Shown: one piece after another, positions 1 to 10,816 of the stretch | How positions within the stretch are numbered: position 1 is the stretch's first letter | How the letters are laid out: each line of letters begins with the position of its first letter | Source of the DNA: Clostridia bacterium | Lineage (GTDB): Bacteria; Bacillota; Clostridia; UBA1381; UMGS1253 | Assembly (NCBI GenBank): GCA_045652745.1 | Contig: JAZRUW010000003.1 | Span: forward strand, 10,032-74,031 | Reading direction: 5' to 3' | DNA: 64,000 nt | The notes under the pieces: model-generated | What the model was told of the DNA's origin: nothing | Databases searched by the model: none | Seen by the model: only the letters and a program-made list of their open reading frames with translations | Made by a program: the position numbers and the translations under genes

Positions 1-497
1 CGTGCTAGGTCAGCCGCCGTCGTATAATGTTCTTCATCACTAAGGCCGTTCGGATTTGAAAAATGCGTCTGTTGTGCGCCAATTTCAATTGCTTTCATAT
101 TCATCATATGCACAAAATTTTCAACATTGCCGCCAATATGCTCTGCTAAAACAATTGCCGCATCATTACCGGAGTTTAACATTAATCCGCAGACCAAATC
201 ATAAACTTTTATTTTCTCTCCTGGTTTTAAATACAGCGATGAACCGATGGTGCCGGCAGCATTTGAACTGACAGTGGCGATTTCTTCTGATTTCCCTGAC
301 TCAAGCGCCAAGAGAGCCGTCATAATTTTAGTTGTGCTTGCCATCCCCATTCTTATATTTGCATTGTGTGCTTTTAATATGCTTCCTGTTTCGCCGTCAA
401 CAACGCAATAACTTTCGGCAGATATTGCCATAATTTTCATCGGCATTAAAAACACAAAATGGAAAATCAATATAAAAACAAGCATTCTGCTCTTCAT
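1..497 (-). CDS. D-alanyl-D-alanine carboxypeptidase (peptidase S11, DacB/DacF-like), 5' part; runs off the window edge
   Basis: Not in the ORF track. Manual minus-strand translation from ATG at 497 (RBS GGAGG upstream): MKSRMLVFILIFHF...MASTTKIMTALLALE...LMLNSGNDAA...THFSNPNGL...YTTAADLA. It has SxxK (STTK) and SxN (SGN) motifs and a signal peptide. Confidence 0.9.
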   Translation of the reverse strand, partial: MKSRMLVFILIFHFVFLMPMKIMAISAESYCVVDGETGSILKAHNANIRMGMASTTKIMTALLALESGKSEEIATVSSNAAGTIGSSLYLKPGEKIKVYDLVCGLMLNSGNDAAIVLAEHIGGNVENFVHMMNMKAIEIGAQQTHFSNPNGLSDEEHYTTAADLA

Positions 498-646
498 CTT
501 CGCACCTCCACACAATAATAAATATATGCATGGTTTTGAAATTCATGAGCACATGCTTGTCTAAACATGTTATTTATAGCAAAAACAAATCACTTTACTT
601 TTGTATATCAAATCCTTTAAATATAATTGTTCGGCAATAATTTTTG

Positions 647-1255
647 TCATTTATCCTCCTGAAACACACCGAACTTTATCATTTTTGCCTTTAAATTTGT
701 CAAAGCTCTAAATCTATGACTGATTTTATTCTTTTCTGTTTCCGACATCGCGGCAAAAGTTTTTCTCAGCTCCGTTGAATAAAAAATCGGATCATAACCA
801 AAGCCGCCCTCGCCATCCGCAGCTTCACTTATGTAACCATCCACCGTCCCGACAGCCGTTAGTTCCGTTCCGTCTGGATGCACGTATGCGGCCGCAGAAA
901 TAAAAAACGCTTTTCTCTGCGCCTGCTCCACACCTTTCATTTCAGCTAAAAGTTTCGCGATGCGCTGAGCATCCGTAGCACCTTCTCCTGCATAACGAGC
1001 AGAATAAATCCCCGGGGCCCCATCCAAATAATCCACACACAAACCGGAATCGTCTGAAATCGTAGGCATACCGGATACTTTGGCAACTGCACGCGCTTTT
1101 ATTAAAGCATTTTCTTCAAAAGTGTTACCATTCTCCTCCGGATCAATCGAAATGCCGACTTCCTTTAAGCTGACAACCTCAATGTTTTCGGCCGAAAGTA
1201 TGTTTTTAATTTCACGAACTTTTCCTGCATTATTTGTTGCTGCTAAAATTTTCAT
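647..1255 (-). CDS. rdgB: Non-canonical purine NTP pyrophosphatase (XTP/dITP diphosphatase, Ham1 family)
   Basis: ATNNAGK, ENALIKA, DDSGL, APGIYSAR, GFGYDPIF and SHR motifs. Confidence 0.95.
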   Translation of the reverse strand: MKILAATNNAGKVREIKNILSAENIEVVSLKEVGISIDPEENGNTFEENALIKARAVAKVSGMPTISDDSGLCVDYLDGAPGIYSARYAGEGATDAQRIAKLLAEMKGVEQAQRKAFFISAAAYVHPDGTELTAVGTVDGYISEAADGEGGFGYDPIFYSTELRKTFAAMSETEKNKISHRFRALTNLKAKMIKFGVFQEDK

Positions 1256-1415
1256 AATTCAACCCCATTTTGTATAATATTGTAAATATTATATAATATT
1301 TCTAAATTCAAATCAAGTAATATGAACAAAGAAAGAATTTTTTATAGAACATATTGCACTTTTTATAATTCTATTGTAAAATGTGTTTATAAATTGTTGC
1401 AAAGGAGAATTTAAA

Positions 1416-3233
1416 GTGAGCATAACACCAAATGAAAATTTTGAAAACGAAAATGTTATAACCGAAGATGTTAAAGTTGAGTCCACCGAAGAACAGGCCA
1501 CCGAGGAGTTGACGGAAGATATACTCGAAGGAACTTCTACAGAAGAATTAGCGATACCGGAAGTTTCGGATGAAACTGTATCTGATGCAATACCACAAAA
1601 AGCAAAAAGTAAAAAATTTGCATTTGCAGGTCTGTTCGCATTAATCTTGGTTTGTGCTACCCTTTGGGTTGCATATTCCGGCTTCTTTACTAATAAATAT
1701 GCTGAAATTTATGATACATCAAATATGGCAGCGCTCTATTTGAAAGATAATGCGGTATTTTTACACCGTGCAAACGGCAAAATCGAAAAGGTTACAGATG
1801 CACCAAGCGCAACTGGCTATTCTGCCGCTGATATTATTAACGGCACAATGTTGCGTTCGCCGGACGGCAGCACAACTTTTTTCTATGAAAATTATGATGC
1901 GGCTACCTATACCGGTGACTTGTATGCAATGTATAACAACAAAGATAAAACTCTCATTGATACAGGTGTATCTGCAGGTTTAATGTGCTCTGCAGACGGA
2001 AAAATTGTGATTTTTGCCAAGAAAAGCAGCGACGAAGCAACTGCTCAAAAAGTTTCGCTTTATATGTTTAAAAAAGGCGGTAAGCCGCAAATGCTTTCCG
2101 ATAGTTATACTCCGTCAATTAGTCCGATGTTAAGTTATAACTCCAAGTATGTAGCTTACGCATCCCAGGATCCAGAACTCGGTACAAATGCTTTGTACAT
2201 CGCAAAAATTTCTGCATTCGGTTCCAAAGCTGTCAAAGTCGCAGATAACGTAAGTCATTTGTACTCTGTAAACGATAAAGGATTTGCTTACTTTGTTCAA
2301 ACAACATATGACGAAGTAGACAACGCAACTTCTACACTTTGTTACGCATCACGTAATACCGTAGCTACGCCGGTTGCAGAAAATGCTTCCGTCCGAGAAG
2401 ATTGTTTTGCGCAATTCTCAAATAATTTTGCATACTATACACATACAGAAGACGGCAGTGCACAGTTCTATGCTGCAAAGGCTGGCAAAGAACCTACACT
2501 TTTATTTGAAGATACAGACTTCTATCTGAATCCGGATGTTGAAAATAAAAACTATATCTTCATTACGATTGATAAAGAAGACGAAAATATGCTTCATATC
2601 TCTCGTATTAACGGCAAGAAATTATCAACCGTAGCAGAAAACACAAGCGCAAACGGATTAAACAACGTACTAAACAGCCGCGATTTCAACAAAATCACTT
2701 TTATGAGAAATTACAATGATGCTACCTATAGCGGCGAATTCTACATCAGCAAAACATTCCTCGGTTTCAAAAAAGAAACCAAAATTGCCGATAATGTTTC
2801 GCTCGCAATCGGTACGCCTGACTTAGAGTATATTGCTTATTTTACGGATTTAAATTTAAACAAAGGCACCGGAACACTGCATTTGTATAACGGCAGAAAG
2901 TCTGAAATGGTTGCAGAAAACGTACCCTACTATTCCGTATCTTTCAGTTCGGACACCAAGAAGTTGTTTTATTTGAGCAATGTGACCGAAGATTACAAAA
3001 CTGCGACTTTGAATATGATTCATACGAATAAGCCGACAAACACAATTGTGGTCGACAACGAAATTACAACAGTAAACATCTACGAGTTTTTATATGCAGC
3101 CAGAACAAATGGTTCTTTGTATTACTACAAAAACTATGATGTTGCAACCGGTAAAGGTGATTTGTACTACGCAAAGAAAGGCAAAAATCCTGTACTTGTT
3201 GAAAGCGGCGTTGCCGGTTTAGTATTAGAATAA
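1416..3233 (+). CDS. Hypothetical membrane-anchored protein with acidic N-terminus, one TM helix and repeated beta-propeller-like blades
   Basis: 616-aa ORF; likely start is GTG at 1416 after RBS AAAGGAGA. TM segment FAFAGLFALILVCATLWVAY. Recurrent motifs NYD..T..G(D/E)LY and (K/T/M)(V/I)A(D/E)NV. Confidence 0.75.
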   Translation: MSITPNENFENENVITEDVKVESTEEQATEELTEDILEGTSTEELAIPEVSDETVSDAIPQKAKSKKFAFAGLFALILVCATLWVAYSGFFTNKYAEIYDTSNMAALYLKDNAVFLHRANGKIEKVTDAPSATGYSAADIINGTMLRSPDGSTTFFYENYDAATYTGDLYAMYNNKDKTLIDTGVSAGLMCSADGKIVIFAKKSSDEATAQKVSLYMFKKGGKPQMLSDSYTPSISPMLSYNSKYVAYASQDPELGTNALYIAKISAFGSKAVKVADNVSHLYSVNDKGFAYFVQTTYDEVDNATSTLCYASRNTVATPVAENASVREDCFAQFSNNFAYYTHTEDGSAQFYAAKAGKEPTLLFEDTDFYLNPDVENKNYIFITIDKEDENMLHISRINGKKLSTVAENTSANGLNNVLNSRDFNKITFMRNYNDATYSGEFYISKTFLGFKKETKIADNVSLAIGTPDLEYIAYFTDLNLNKGTGTLHLYNGRKSEMVAENVPYYSVSFSSDTKKLFYLSNVTEDYKTATLNMIHTNKPTNTIVVDNEITTVNIYEFLYAARTNGSLYYYKNYDVATGKGDLYYAKKGKNPVLVESGVAGLVLE

Positions 3234-3237
3234 GCAT

Positions 3238-3284
3238 AAAATTCCGAGGTGTTTCTATGCAAAGAACGCACCCCGGAATTTTTA
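3238..3284 (+). terminator. Stem-loop / probable intrinsic terminator
   Basis: AAAATTCCG-AGGTG...CACC-CCGGAATTTTT immediately after the stop codon. Confidence 0.55.
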
Positions 3285-3303
3285 TAAAAAGGAATTTTAG
3301 AAC

Positions 3304-4677
3304 ATGAAAAATAAAACTGTATTTTTTTGTAGTGACTGTGGTAATGAAACAGCAAAATGGTACGGCAAATGTCCCGCTTGCGGTGCCTGGAACACATTGG
3401 TAGAAGAAACAGTTGTGACCAGCGCATCCAAAAACGGTCACAAAAGCGGTACAACGGCGTTAACGCACTTTGCTGCGCCTACAAAATTAAAAGATATCAA
3501 CACAACAGACGAACTACGTAGTTCTACCGGATTGACCGAGCTTGATCGCGTCCTCGGTGGCGGTTTGGTGACAGGATCGCTCATCTTAATCGGTGGTGAT
3601 CCCGGCATCGGCAAATCTACACTGCTTTTACAAATTTGTGATTCCTTGGCAGAAAACGGAAGTGTGCTGTACGTCTCCGGCGAAGAATCTGAAAAACAAT
3701 TAAAAATGCGTGCCCAAAGGCTGAACATTCATTCAGACCAACTATTAATCGTTTCACAAGTCAACATGGACGCTGTATTAAAAAACATAGATGACAACAC
3801 TCCTAGCTTTGTAATTATCGACTCTATACAAACGATGTATGCTCCCGAAATCAGTGCGGCACCCGGAAGCGTATCTCAAGTACGCGAGGTTACAATGACG
3901 CTGATGCGAAAAGCTAAAGAAAACGGAATTACCATTCTCGTGGTTGGACATGTAACCAAAGACGGCGGCATCGCCGGTCCTAAAATACTGGAGCACATGG
4001 TAGATTGTGTGCTTTACTTTGAAGGCGAGAGACATCAGAATTATAGAATATTACGCGGCGTTAAGAACCGTTTCGGATCCACAAACGAAATCGGCGTATT
4101 TGAAATGCGCGAAAACGGCTTAATACAGGTCGAAAACCCTTCCCTCGCATTATTAGAAGGTCGGCCCAAAAATGTTGCAGGCACTGCAGTGATTTGTGCC
4201 ATGGAAGGCAGTCGTCCTTTATTAGCTGAAATACAATCCTTGGTAGCATCAACATCTTTTGCTGCCCCTAGAAGAAGCACAAACGGCGTAGATTACAACC
4301 GCGTTGCAATGCTTTTGGCCGTTTTAGAAAAACGTGTCGGTATGAACATGTCATCACAAGATGCTTATGTCAATGTGGTAGGCGGCGTGCGCATTGACGA
4401 ACCAGCGGCAGATTTGGGCATTATATGCTCTTTGGCTTCCGGTTTTCGCAATTTTGTCATCCCAGATGATACAGCGCTGATTGGCGAAGTTGGCTTAACA
4501 GGCGAACTGCGCAGCATTAATCATATCGAAAAACGCATTTCTGAAATCGAGAAACTCGGCTTTAAAAAATGCATATTACCTAAGAACAATCAAGGGGCAC
4601 TAAAAACATTTAAAACTACCGTTAAACTGCTATATGCAGGTAGTGTAATTGAAGCATTATCTTATATCAGAGACTAA
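3304..4677 (+). CDS. radA: DNA repair protein RadA/Sms
   Basis: C4 zinc finger CSDC..CPAC, Walker A GDPGIGKS, KNRFG motif and Lon-like C-terminus. Confidence 0.97.
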   Translation: MKNKTVFFCSDCGNETAKWYGKCPACGAWNTLVEETVVTSASKNGHKSGTTALTHFAAPTKLKDINTTDELRSSTGLTELDRVLGGGLVTGSLILIGGDPGIGKSTLLLQICDSLAENGSVLYVSGEESEKQLKMRAQRLNIHSDQLLIVSQVNMDAVLKNIDDNTPSFVIIDSIQTMYAPEISAAPGSVSQVREVTMTLMRKAKENGITILVVGHVTKDGGIAGPKILEHMVDCVLYFEGERHQNYRILRGVKNRFGSTNEIGVFEMRENGLIQVENPSLALLEGRPKNVAGTAVICAMEGSRPLLAEIQSLVASTSFAAPRRSTNGVDYNRVAMLLAVLEKRVGMNMSSQDAYVNVVGGVRIDEPAADLGIICSLASGFRNFVIPDDTALIGEVGLTGELRSINHIEKRISEIEKLGFKKCILPKNNQGALKTFKTTVKLLYAGSVIEALSYIRD

Positions 4678-4718
4678 TAAAAGAACCGATGTAATATTAT
4701 TACATCGGTTCTTTTATT
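4676..4718. terminator. Bidirectional terminator between convergent radA and tatD
   Basis: Perfect 20-bp inverted repeat AATAAAAGAACCGATGTAAT-ATT-ATTACATCGGTTCTTTTATT. Confidence 0.75.
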
Positions 4719-5476
4719 CTAAATAACGAACAACCGTTATGCATCGTCTGCTTAATAACTTCGTCAACAGTTAAACCTTTAATTTCTGCAATCTTTTGCG
4801 CAACAAAGACTGTCTTAGACGGGTCATTTCTTTTTCCGCGGAAAGGCTCCGGAGACAAATACGGGCAATCCGTCTCCACCAAAAGACGGTCCATTGGCAC
4901 ATTCTTCACTACCTCAATGATCCGATTGGCATTTTTAAAAGTTAAGGCGCCTCCAATGGACACATAAAGTCCCATTTTTAAGACTTCTTTTGCTGTCTCG
5001 ACGCTACCCGAAAAACAGTGTACGGTGCCACTGTTTTTCTTTAAATCAAACTTACGTAAAATATCCAAACAATCTTTGTGCGCATCCCGATTGTGAACCA
5101 CAACCGGCATATCTGTTTCCACAGCAAGCGCAAGTTGTCGTTCAAACCAGTATTTCTGCATGTCACGAGGCGAATTGTCATAATAGTAATCCAGTCCAAT
5201 TTCACCGATTGCACATACTTTGTCTTCCTTTGCAAGAATTTTCAAAGTTTCAAATCCTACCTCATCCAATTCTTTTGCATCATGCGGATGGACACCGACG
5301 GTTGCATATATCCCTGGATACTTCTTAGCCAGGGCTATGGAATCACGCGAGGATTTAATACAACAACCGATGTTTACAATCAAGCCGATATTATTTCGAA
5401 AACAATTCTGAATTACCGCATCACGGTCATCGTCAAAACGCGGATCATTCAAATGTGCATGTGTATCAAAAATCAT
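4700..5476 (-). CDS. tatD: TatD family nuclease/hydrolase
   Basis: DTHAH, GVHPH, IGEIGLDY, VHNRDAH, HCFSG and ETDCPYL motifs. Confidence 0.95.
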   Translation of the reverse strand: MIFDTHAHLNDPRFDDDRDAVIQNCFRNNIGLIVNIGCCIKSSRDSIALAKKYPGIYATVGVHPHDAKELDEVGFETLKILAKEDKVCAIGEIGLDYYYDNSPRDMQKYWFERQLALAVETDMPVVVHNRDAHKDCLDILRKFDLKKNSGTVHCFSGSVETAKEVLKMGLYVSIGGALTFKNANRIIEVVKNVPMDRLLVETDCPYLSPEPFRGKRNDPSKTVFVAQKIAEIKGLTVDEVIKQTMHNGCSLFRIKEPM

Positions 5477-5478
5477 CC

Positions 5479-6834
5479 TTATCTGTCCTTTAACAGTTTG
5501 TATTCTTTAGAACTGATGACGGATTTGTACGCAGGGCGAATAATTTTATCGTTCGCAATCACTTCTTCAATTCTGTGCGCGCACCAACCTACAATTCTGG
5601 AAATTGCAAAAATAGGCGTATAGAGTTCTTCCGGCAGATTTAACATTTTATATACAAAGCCGGAATATAAATCCACGTTTGCGCAAATCGGCTTATTTAT
5701 CCTCTTCTCTTCAATAAAAATAGCCGGTGTATGCTTTTCAATCAATTCATAAAGATGGAATTCTTGCATCATACCACGCATCTGGGCAAGTTCTCTAGCC
5801 TTCTCTTTGAGCATAACTTCACGCGGGTCAGACAAGGTATAAATTGCATGTCCCATACCATATACCAAACCGCTTCTGTCATAGGCCTCCTTGCGAAACA
5901 GCTTGCGAATGTGTGCGCAAACCTGCTCTTCATCATTTATATCCGTCAAATTTTGTTTAAAGTCGTTAATCATACCGATAACTCTGTGATTCGCGCCACC
6001 ATGTTTTGGCCCTTTCAAAGAACCAACAGCAGCCGCAATAGCAGAATACGTATCCGTGCCGGAAGACGCAAGTACACGCGTTGTAAACGCAGAGTTATTA
6101 CCACCGCCATGCTCGGCATGCAGCATAAATGCAAGGTCCAATATTTCCGCTTCAATGTGCTCAAATTTATTATCCGGACGAAGCATATACAAAAAGTTTT
6201 CAGCCGTGGATAAATCCGCACGCGGACTGTGGATATACAAACTCTGTCCATCATGATAATGACGCTTCGCCTGGTAACCATATGCTACCATCGTCGGAAA
6301 CCGAGAAATCAGTTCAATAGATTGGCGAAGCATATTGGAAAAACTTGTATCGTCTGGATTGGAGTCATAGGAATAACTTGCCAAAACACATCGAGCAAGC
6401 TTATTCATAATATCCGCGCTAGGTGCACGCATAATCATGTCCTCCGCAAAGCCATCCGGCAAATCACGAAACTCGCCCAAAAGCCTCGTAAAAGAATCTA
6501 ACTCACCTTTGTCTGGCAACCGACTGGACAAAAGCAAATAAATGACTTCCTCAAACCCATAACGCCCATCTGCCTTACAGCCGTTCACAACTTCACGTAC
6601 ATCTATACCTCGATAGCGCAGTCTGCCTTCGCACGGAATTTTTTCTCCATCTTCAATATAATAGCCCTTAACATCACCGATTGCAGTGAGCCCGGCCATA
6701 ACGCCCGTACCGTCATTGCGTCTCAAACCTCTTTTAACATTATATTTATCATATAGTTGTCTGTCTAACGGACTATACGCATCTTTGATAGCGCGAAAAA
6801 ACATCTCTACACCAGTTGTCTGTCCTTTTTCCAT
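5479..6834 (-). CDS. gltA: Citrate synthase (citrate/2-methylcitrate synthase family)
   Basis: LRYRG, HAEHGGGNNS, GPKHGGAN, YGMGHAIY..DPR and ANVDLYSG motifs. Confidence 0.9.
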   Translation of the reverse strand: MEKGQTTGVEMFFRAIKDAYSPLDRQLYDKYNVKRGLRRNDGTGVMAGLTAIGDVKGYYIEDGEKIPCEGRLRYRGIDVREVVNGCKADGRYGFEEVIYLLLSSRLPDKGELDSFTRLLGEFRDLPDGFAEDMIMRAPSADIMNKLARCVLASYSYDSNPDDTSFSNMLRQSIELISRFPTMVAYGYQAKRHYHDGQSLYIHSPRADLSTAENFLYMLRPDNKFEHIEAEILDLAFMLHAEHGGGNNSAFTTRVLASSGTDTYSAIAAAVGSLKGPKHGGANHRVIGMINDFKQNLTDINDEEQVCAHIRKLFRKEAYDRSGLVYGMGHAIYTLSDPREVMLKEKARELAQMRGMMQEFHLYELIEKHTPAIFIEEKRINKPICANVDLYSGFVYKMLNLPEELYTPIFAISRIVGWCAHRIEEVIANDKIIRPAYKSVISSKEYKLLKDR

Positions 6835-6990
6835 TACGGAACCCTCCCGTCGCGTATAAATATAATCCAGTATATCACAATTCAGTATTTTTGCAAGAAA
6901 AACTGAGCAACTTTCATTAAATCGTAAAATATCTATAGTTTTTGAGATATAATCTTTATAATTTGAAAGTTGTATCTTGTTTTATCCCAA

Positions 6991-7830
6991 TTATTTTTTT
7001 AGCTTTTCTACGTATCTTGCAATAGAGCGCGCACTGTAAAAATGAATAGTTAACGCCATTAAAATCGTAAGCATAATCACAAAAGGTACGAGAGCAAATA
7101 ATTGCATAAAATAGAACAATGCTAATATCACGCCAGCATTACCAGCAAGTAACAACAAATTCGGCAACCATTTTATAATCGCAAATACGAACGAATTTCT
7201 ATAAATCTGACGAATCGAATCCTTGTAAGTCACCATAAACTGATATACATAAAAATGCATAAACGTATAAAGGCACAATATAAATGCAAACGCAACATAA
7301 ATATATGTTAAAATCGTTCCACTAAACATCTGTGAGTAGAAATTCAGGGCAGTTGCAGATAAAAACATCACCAAAATATCTATAACCATTACCAGGATAC
7401 TTTGTCCGAAATTTTGACGGATTGCGTAAATAAAATCTGCCCAAACCCAGGCATGTTCTCGCCTCGAATAATTACGCAATATGTATGCGATACCTGCCGA
7501 AGCCGGTCCACTGCCCCACAAAACAATAATGCCCATTACAAATATGAAACGCAAAACCAAATCCGTCATCATAGCTTCTTTCGCAGTAAAATCCCCAAGG
7601 ATTTGCGCAGCAACGGTGCTCATTTTTGCCAAACTGCCGGCATTAATCGGTGAGAGCCAGAATAAAAACAGAATGTACGGCAAAGAGAATAAAAGATAGA
7701 AAAAGTTTACATTCATCAAAGCCACAAACTTGTTAAATACAATGTCAAAATAAGCAAAGATACCTCGCTTTTCGTATTCTTTCTCCAGTCTGCTCTCCTC
7801 ATCAATATCATGTTGACTAAACTTTGCCAT
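6991..7830 (-). CDS. YesL/DUF624-like integral membrane protein
   Basis: Multi-TM protein with the pattern GPA.AG..Y..R...R......W.DF..A...NF.Q. Confidence 0.7.
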   Translation of the reverse strand: MAKFSQHDIDEESRLEKEYEKRGIFAYFDIVFNKFVALMNVNFFYLLFSLPYILFLFWLSPINAGSLAKMSTVAAQILGDFTAKEAMMTDLVLRFIFVMGIIVLWGSGPASAGIAYILRNYSRREHAWVWADFIYAIRQNFGQSILVMVIDILVMFLSATALNFYSQMFSGTILTYIYVAFAFILCLYTFMHFYVYQFMVTYKDSIRQIYRNSFVFAIIKWLPNLLLLAGNAGVILALFYFMQLFALVPFVIMLTILMALTIHFYSARSIARYVEKLKK

Positions 7831-7990
7831 ATTTATACCCCTTTCTTAAAACTCTATATAGCGCTTTACTGTTTTACCTTTGTTATACGTATGAAATTTC
7901 GACCGAAACTCCGTAATATAATCCGCCAATTGCACACTTTCCGTCACCAATATATAAATTCATTATACCATCACGCATAATAACACCTGC

Positions 7991-10816
7991 TCACAATATC
8001 TTTTTAAGATAAGCCCCCGTAGCAGAACCCGCACATTTTGCAACCGTTTCAGGCGTACCGCAACATAGAACTTCCCCGCCAGCGTCTCCACCTTCCGGTC
8101 CGAGATCAATAATATAATCCGCTGTTTTAATTACATCCATATTATGCTCGATAACCAACATAGTATTGCCGTTATCTAACAGACGTTGCAATACGTCAAG
8201 CAACCTGTGCACATCCGCAATATGCAAACCGGTCGTCGGCTCATCTAAGATATAAATTGTCTTCCCTGTAGAACGTTTACAAAGTTCCGTTGCCAATTTC
8301 ACGCGCTGCGCTTCGCCGCCGGAAAGTGTGGTGGATGGCTGGCCAAGTTTTATATAACCAAGACCGACATCATACAGGGTTTGAATTTTCTTTGCGATTT
8401 TCGGTATGTTTTCAAAGAAGGACAGCGCCTCTTCCACCGTCATTTCCAAGACCTCATGGATATTTTTTCCTTTATATTTCACTTCAAGGGTTTCCTTGGA
8501 ATAACGCTTGCCTTTACACACTTCGCACGGCACATAAACATCCGGCAAGAAATTCATTTCGATTTGAATAATACCGTCACCGCTGCACGCTTCACAACGC
8601 CCGCCTTTTACATTAAAACTAAATCTGCCGGCATTATAACCGCGCATTTTTGCTTCTACCGTGCCTGCAAACAAATCACGAATATCCGAAAACAGACCTG
8701 TATATGTGGCGGGATTGGAACGCGGTGTTCTCCCAATCGGCGACTGGTCAATGTTGATGACCTTATCTAAATGCTCCAAACCTTTAATTTGTTTCACTTT
8801 TCCGTTTTTAGTTTTCGCACGGTTCAATTCACGAGCCAGATATTTAAACAATATCTCATTGACCAAGGAAGACTTTCCCGAACCCGAAACACCGGTCACG
8901 CATGTAAATGTTCCAAGTGGAATTTTCACATTTACAGATTTTAAATTGTTTTCTTCTGCACCGATGACTTCCAAGTATGCACCGTTTCCTTTTCTGCGCT
9001 CACTCGGCACCAAAATAGATTTTCTCCCGCTCAGATAATCGCCGGTATGCGAGCCAACGACCGCTTTAATTTCTTCTACATTTCCTTGCGCAACAATTTC
9101 TCCGCCGTGTATCCCTGCCCCCGGACCGACATCCACAATGTGGTCCGCCGCATACATGGTATCTTCGTCGTGTTCAACTACAATCAAAGTATTGCCGGCA
9201 TCGCGCAAACGTTTTAAAGTTGCAATCAATTTTTCATTATCCCGTTGGTGCAAACCAATACTCGGCTCGTCTAAAATGTACAGCACGCCAACCAAGCCGG
9301 AGCCGATCTGCGTCGCCAGACGGATGCGTTGTGATTCACCGCCGGAAAGCGTTCCGGCACTTCTGGAAAGTGTCAGATATCCAAGGCCGACATCTTTTAA
9401 AAACTGTAATCGGCTCATGATTTCTTTTATAATTTGATTGCCGATTTTTTCTTCGCGTTCTGTCAGCTTTAAATTTTCAAAAAAAGCGATTTCCTGAACA
9501 ACAGACAAGTCACACAATTCAATTATATTCAAGCCACCAACCGTCACTGCAAGAATTTGCGGTTTTAAACGTCTGCCGTCACAACTGCCGCATGCATGGT
9601 TGGTCATATAACCCTCAATCTCCGACCTTGCCCAATCCGATGTTGTTTCACGGTATCTGCGTTGCAGATTATTGACTAAACCTTCAAAATCGGTATAATA
9701 CTCACTTTTACCGTGTTTTCCCTTGTATTCTACCAGCACTTGCTCACCGTTCGTACCGAAGAGCATAATGTTTTTTGCCTGCTCGCTCAAATCTTTAAAC
9801 GGAACATCCAAACTGAAATTATAAGTTCTTGCGAGCGCACGATAATACGAAGCGGCAATACTGTCCTCAATGTGTGGCGCCATCCAGCCACTGATTGCAA
9901 CCGCACCTTCCAAAATGCTCTTATTTTCATCACGTACTACCAAATCCGGGTCCACCTTCATGGTAAAACCGAGACCGTCGCACTCTGGACATGCTCCAAA
10001 AGGCGAGTTAAACGAAAACGAACGCGGCGTTAATTCTTCCATGTTGATTCCGCAATCTTCACACGCATAATTTTGTGAAAACAGCATATCTTCACCATCA
10101 AGCACAGATACAATTACAAGACCGTTGCCGATTTTGAGCGCAGCCTCAATAGAATCCGCAAGACGGCGGCGAATGTCCGGTTTCATTATAATTCTGTCTA
10201 CAACGATTTCTATCGTATGCTTTTTATTTTTATCCAGTTCTATATTTTCGGACAAATCATATATATTACCGTCTACGCGCACGCGCACATAGCCGCCCTT
10301 TTTCGCATCCGAAAAAACTTTTTGATGTTCACCTTTTTTTGCACGCACAACCGGCGCAAGAATCATAAGTTTCGTTTGCTCAGGCAGCACAAGAACACTT
10401 TCAATAATCTGGTCTACAGTTTGCTTAGAAATCTCTTTGCCGCAAACCGGACAGTGCGGAATTCCGATATGTGCATACAACAGACGAAAGTAATCGTAAA
10501 TTTCCGTAACCGTACCAACCGTGGAACGCGGATTCTTATTTGTGGTCTTTTGGTCAATGCTGATTGCGGGCGAAAGACCTTCAATCAGGTCAACATCCGG
10601 CTTATCCATTCTTCCGAGAAACATTCTTGCATATGAAGACAAAGACTCAATATATCGCCTCTGCCCTTCAGCGTAAATGGTATCAAAAGCCAGAGAAGAT
10701 TTACCCGAACCGCTAAGACCGGTTACAACAACCAGTTTATCTCTCGGTATGGTTACGTCAATATTTTTTAAATTGTGCACGCGTGCACCTTTAATCACAA
10801 TATTATCTTTACCCAT
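7991..10816 (-). CDS. uvrA: Excinuclease ABC subunit A
   Basis: Two ABC cassettes ([27 protein letters not shown]) and zinc fingers. Confidence 0.98.
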   Translation of the reverse strand: MGKDNIVIKGARVHNLKNIDVTIPRDKLVVVTGLSGSGKSSLAFDTIYAEGQRRYIESLSSYARMFLGRMDKPDVDLIEGLSPAISIDQKTTNKNPRSTVGTVTEIYDYFRLLYAHIGIPHCPVCGKEISKQTVDQIIESVLVLPEQTKLMILAPVVRAKKGEHQKVFSDAKKGGYVRVRVDGNIYDLSENIELDKNKKHTIEIVVDRIIMKPDIRRRLADSIEAALKIGNGLVIVSVLDGEDMLFSQNYACEDCGINMEELTPRSFSFNSPFGACPECDGLGFTMKVDPDLVVRDENKSILEGAVAISGWMAPHIEDSIAASYYRALARTYNFSLDVPFKDLSEQAKNIMLFGTNGEQVLVEYKGKHGKSEYYTDFEGLVNNLQRRYRETTSDWARSEIEGYMTNHACGSCDGRRLKPQILAVTVGGLNIIELCDLSVVQEIAFFENLKLTEREEKIGNQIIKEIMSRLQFLKDVGLGYLTLSRSAGTLSGGESQRIRLATQIGSGLVGVLYILDEPSIGLHQRDNEKLIATLKRLRDAGNTLIVVEHDEDTMYAADHIVDVGPGAGIHGGEIVAQGNVEEIKAVVGSHTGDYLSGRKSILVPSERRKGNGAYLEVIGAEENNLKSVNVKIPLGTFTCVTGVSGSGKSSLVNEILFKYLARELNRAKTKNGKVKQIKGLEHLDKVINIDQSPIGRTPRSNPATYTGLFSDIRDLFAGTVEAKMRGYNAGRFSFNVKGGRCEACSGDGIIQIEMNFLPDVYVPCEVCKGKRYSKETLEVKYKGKNIHEVLEMTVEEALSFFENIPKIAKKIQTLYDVGLGYIKLGQPSTTLSGGEAQRVKLATELCKRSTGKTIYILDEPTTGLHIADVHRLLDVLQRLLDNGNTMLVIEHNMDVIKTADYIIDLGPEGGDAGGEVLCCGTPETVAKCAGSATGAYLKKIL

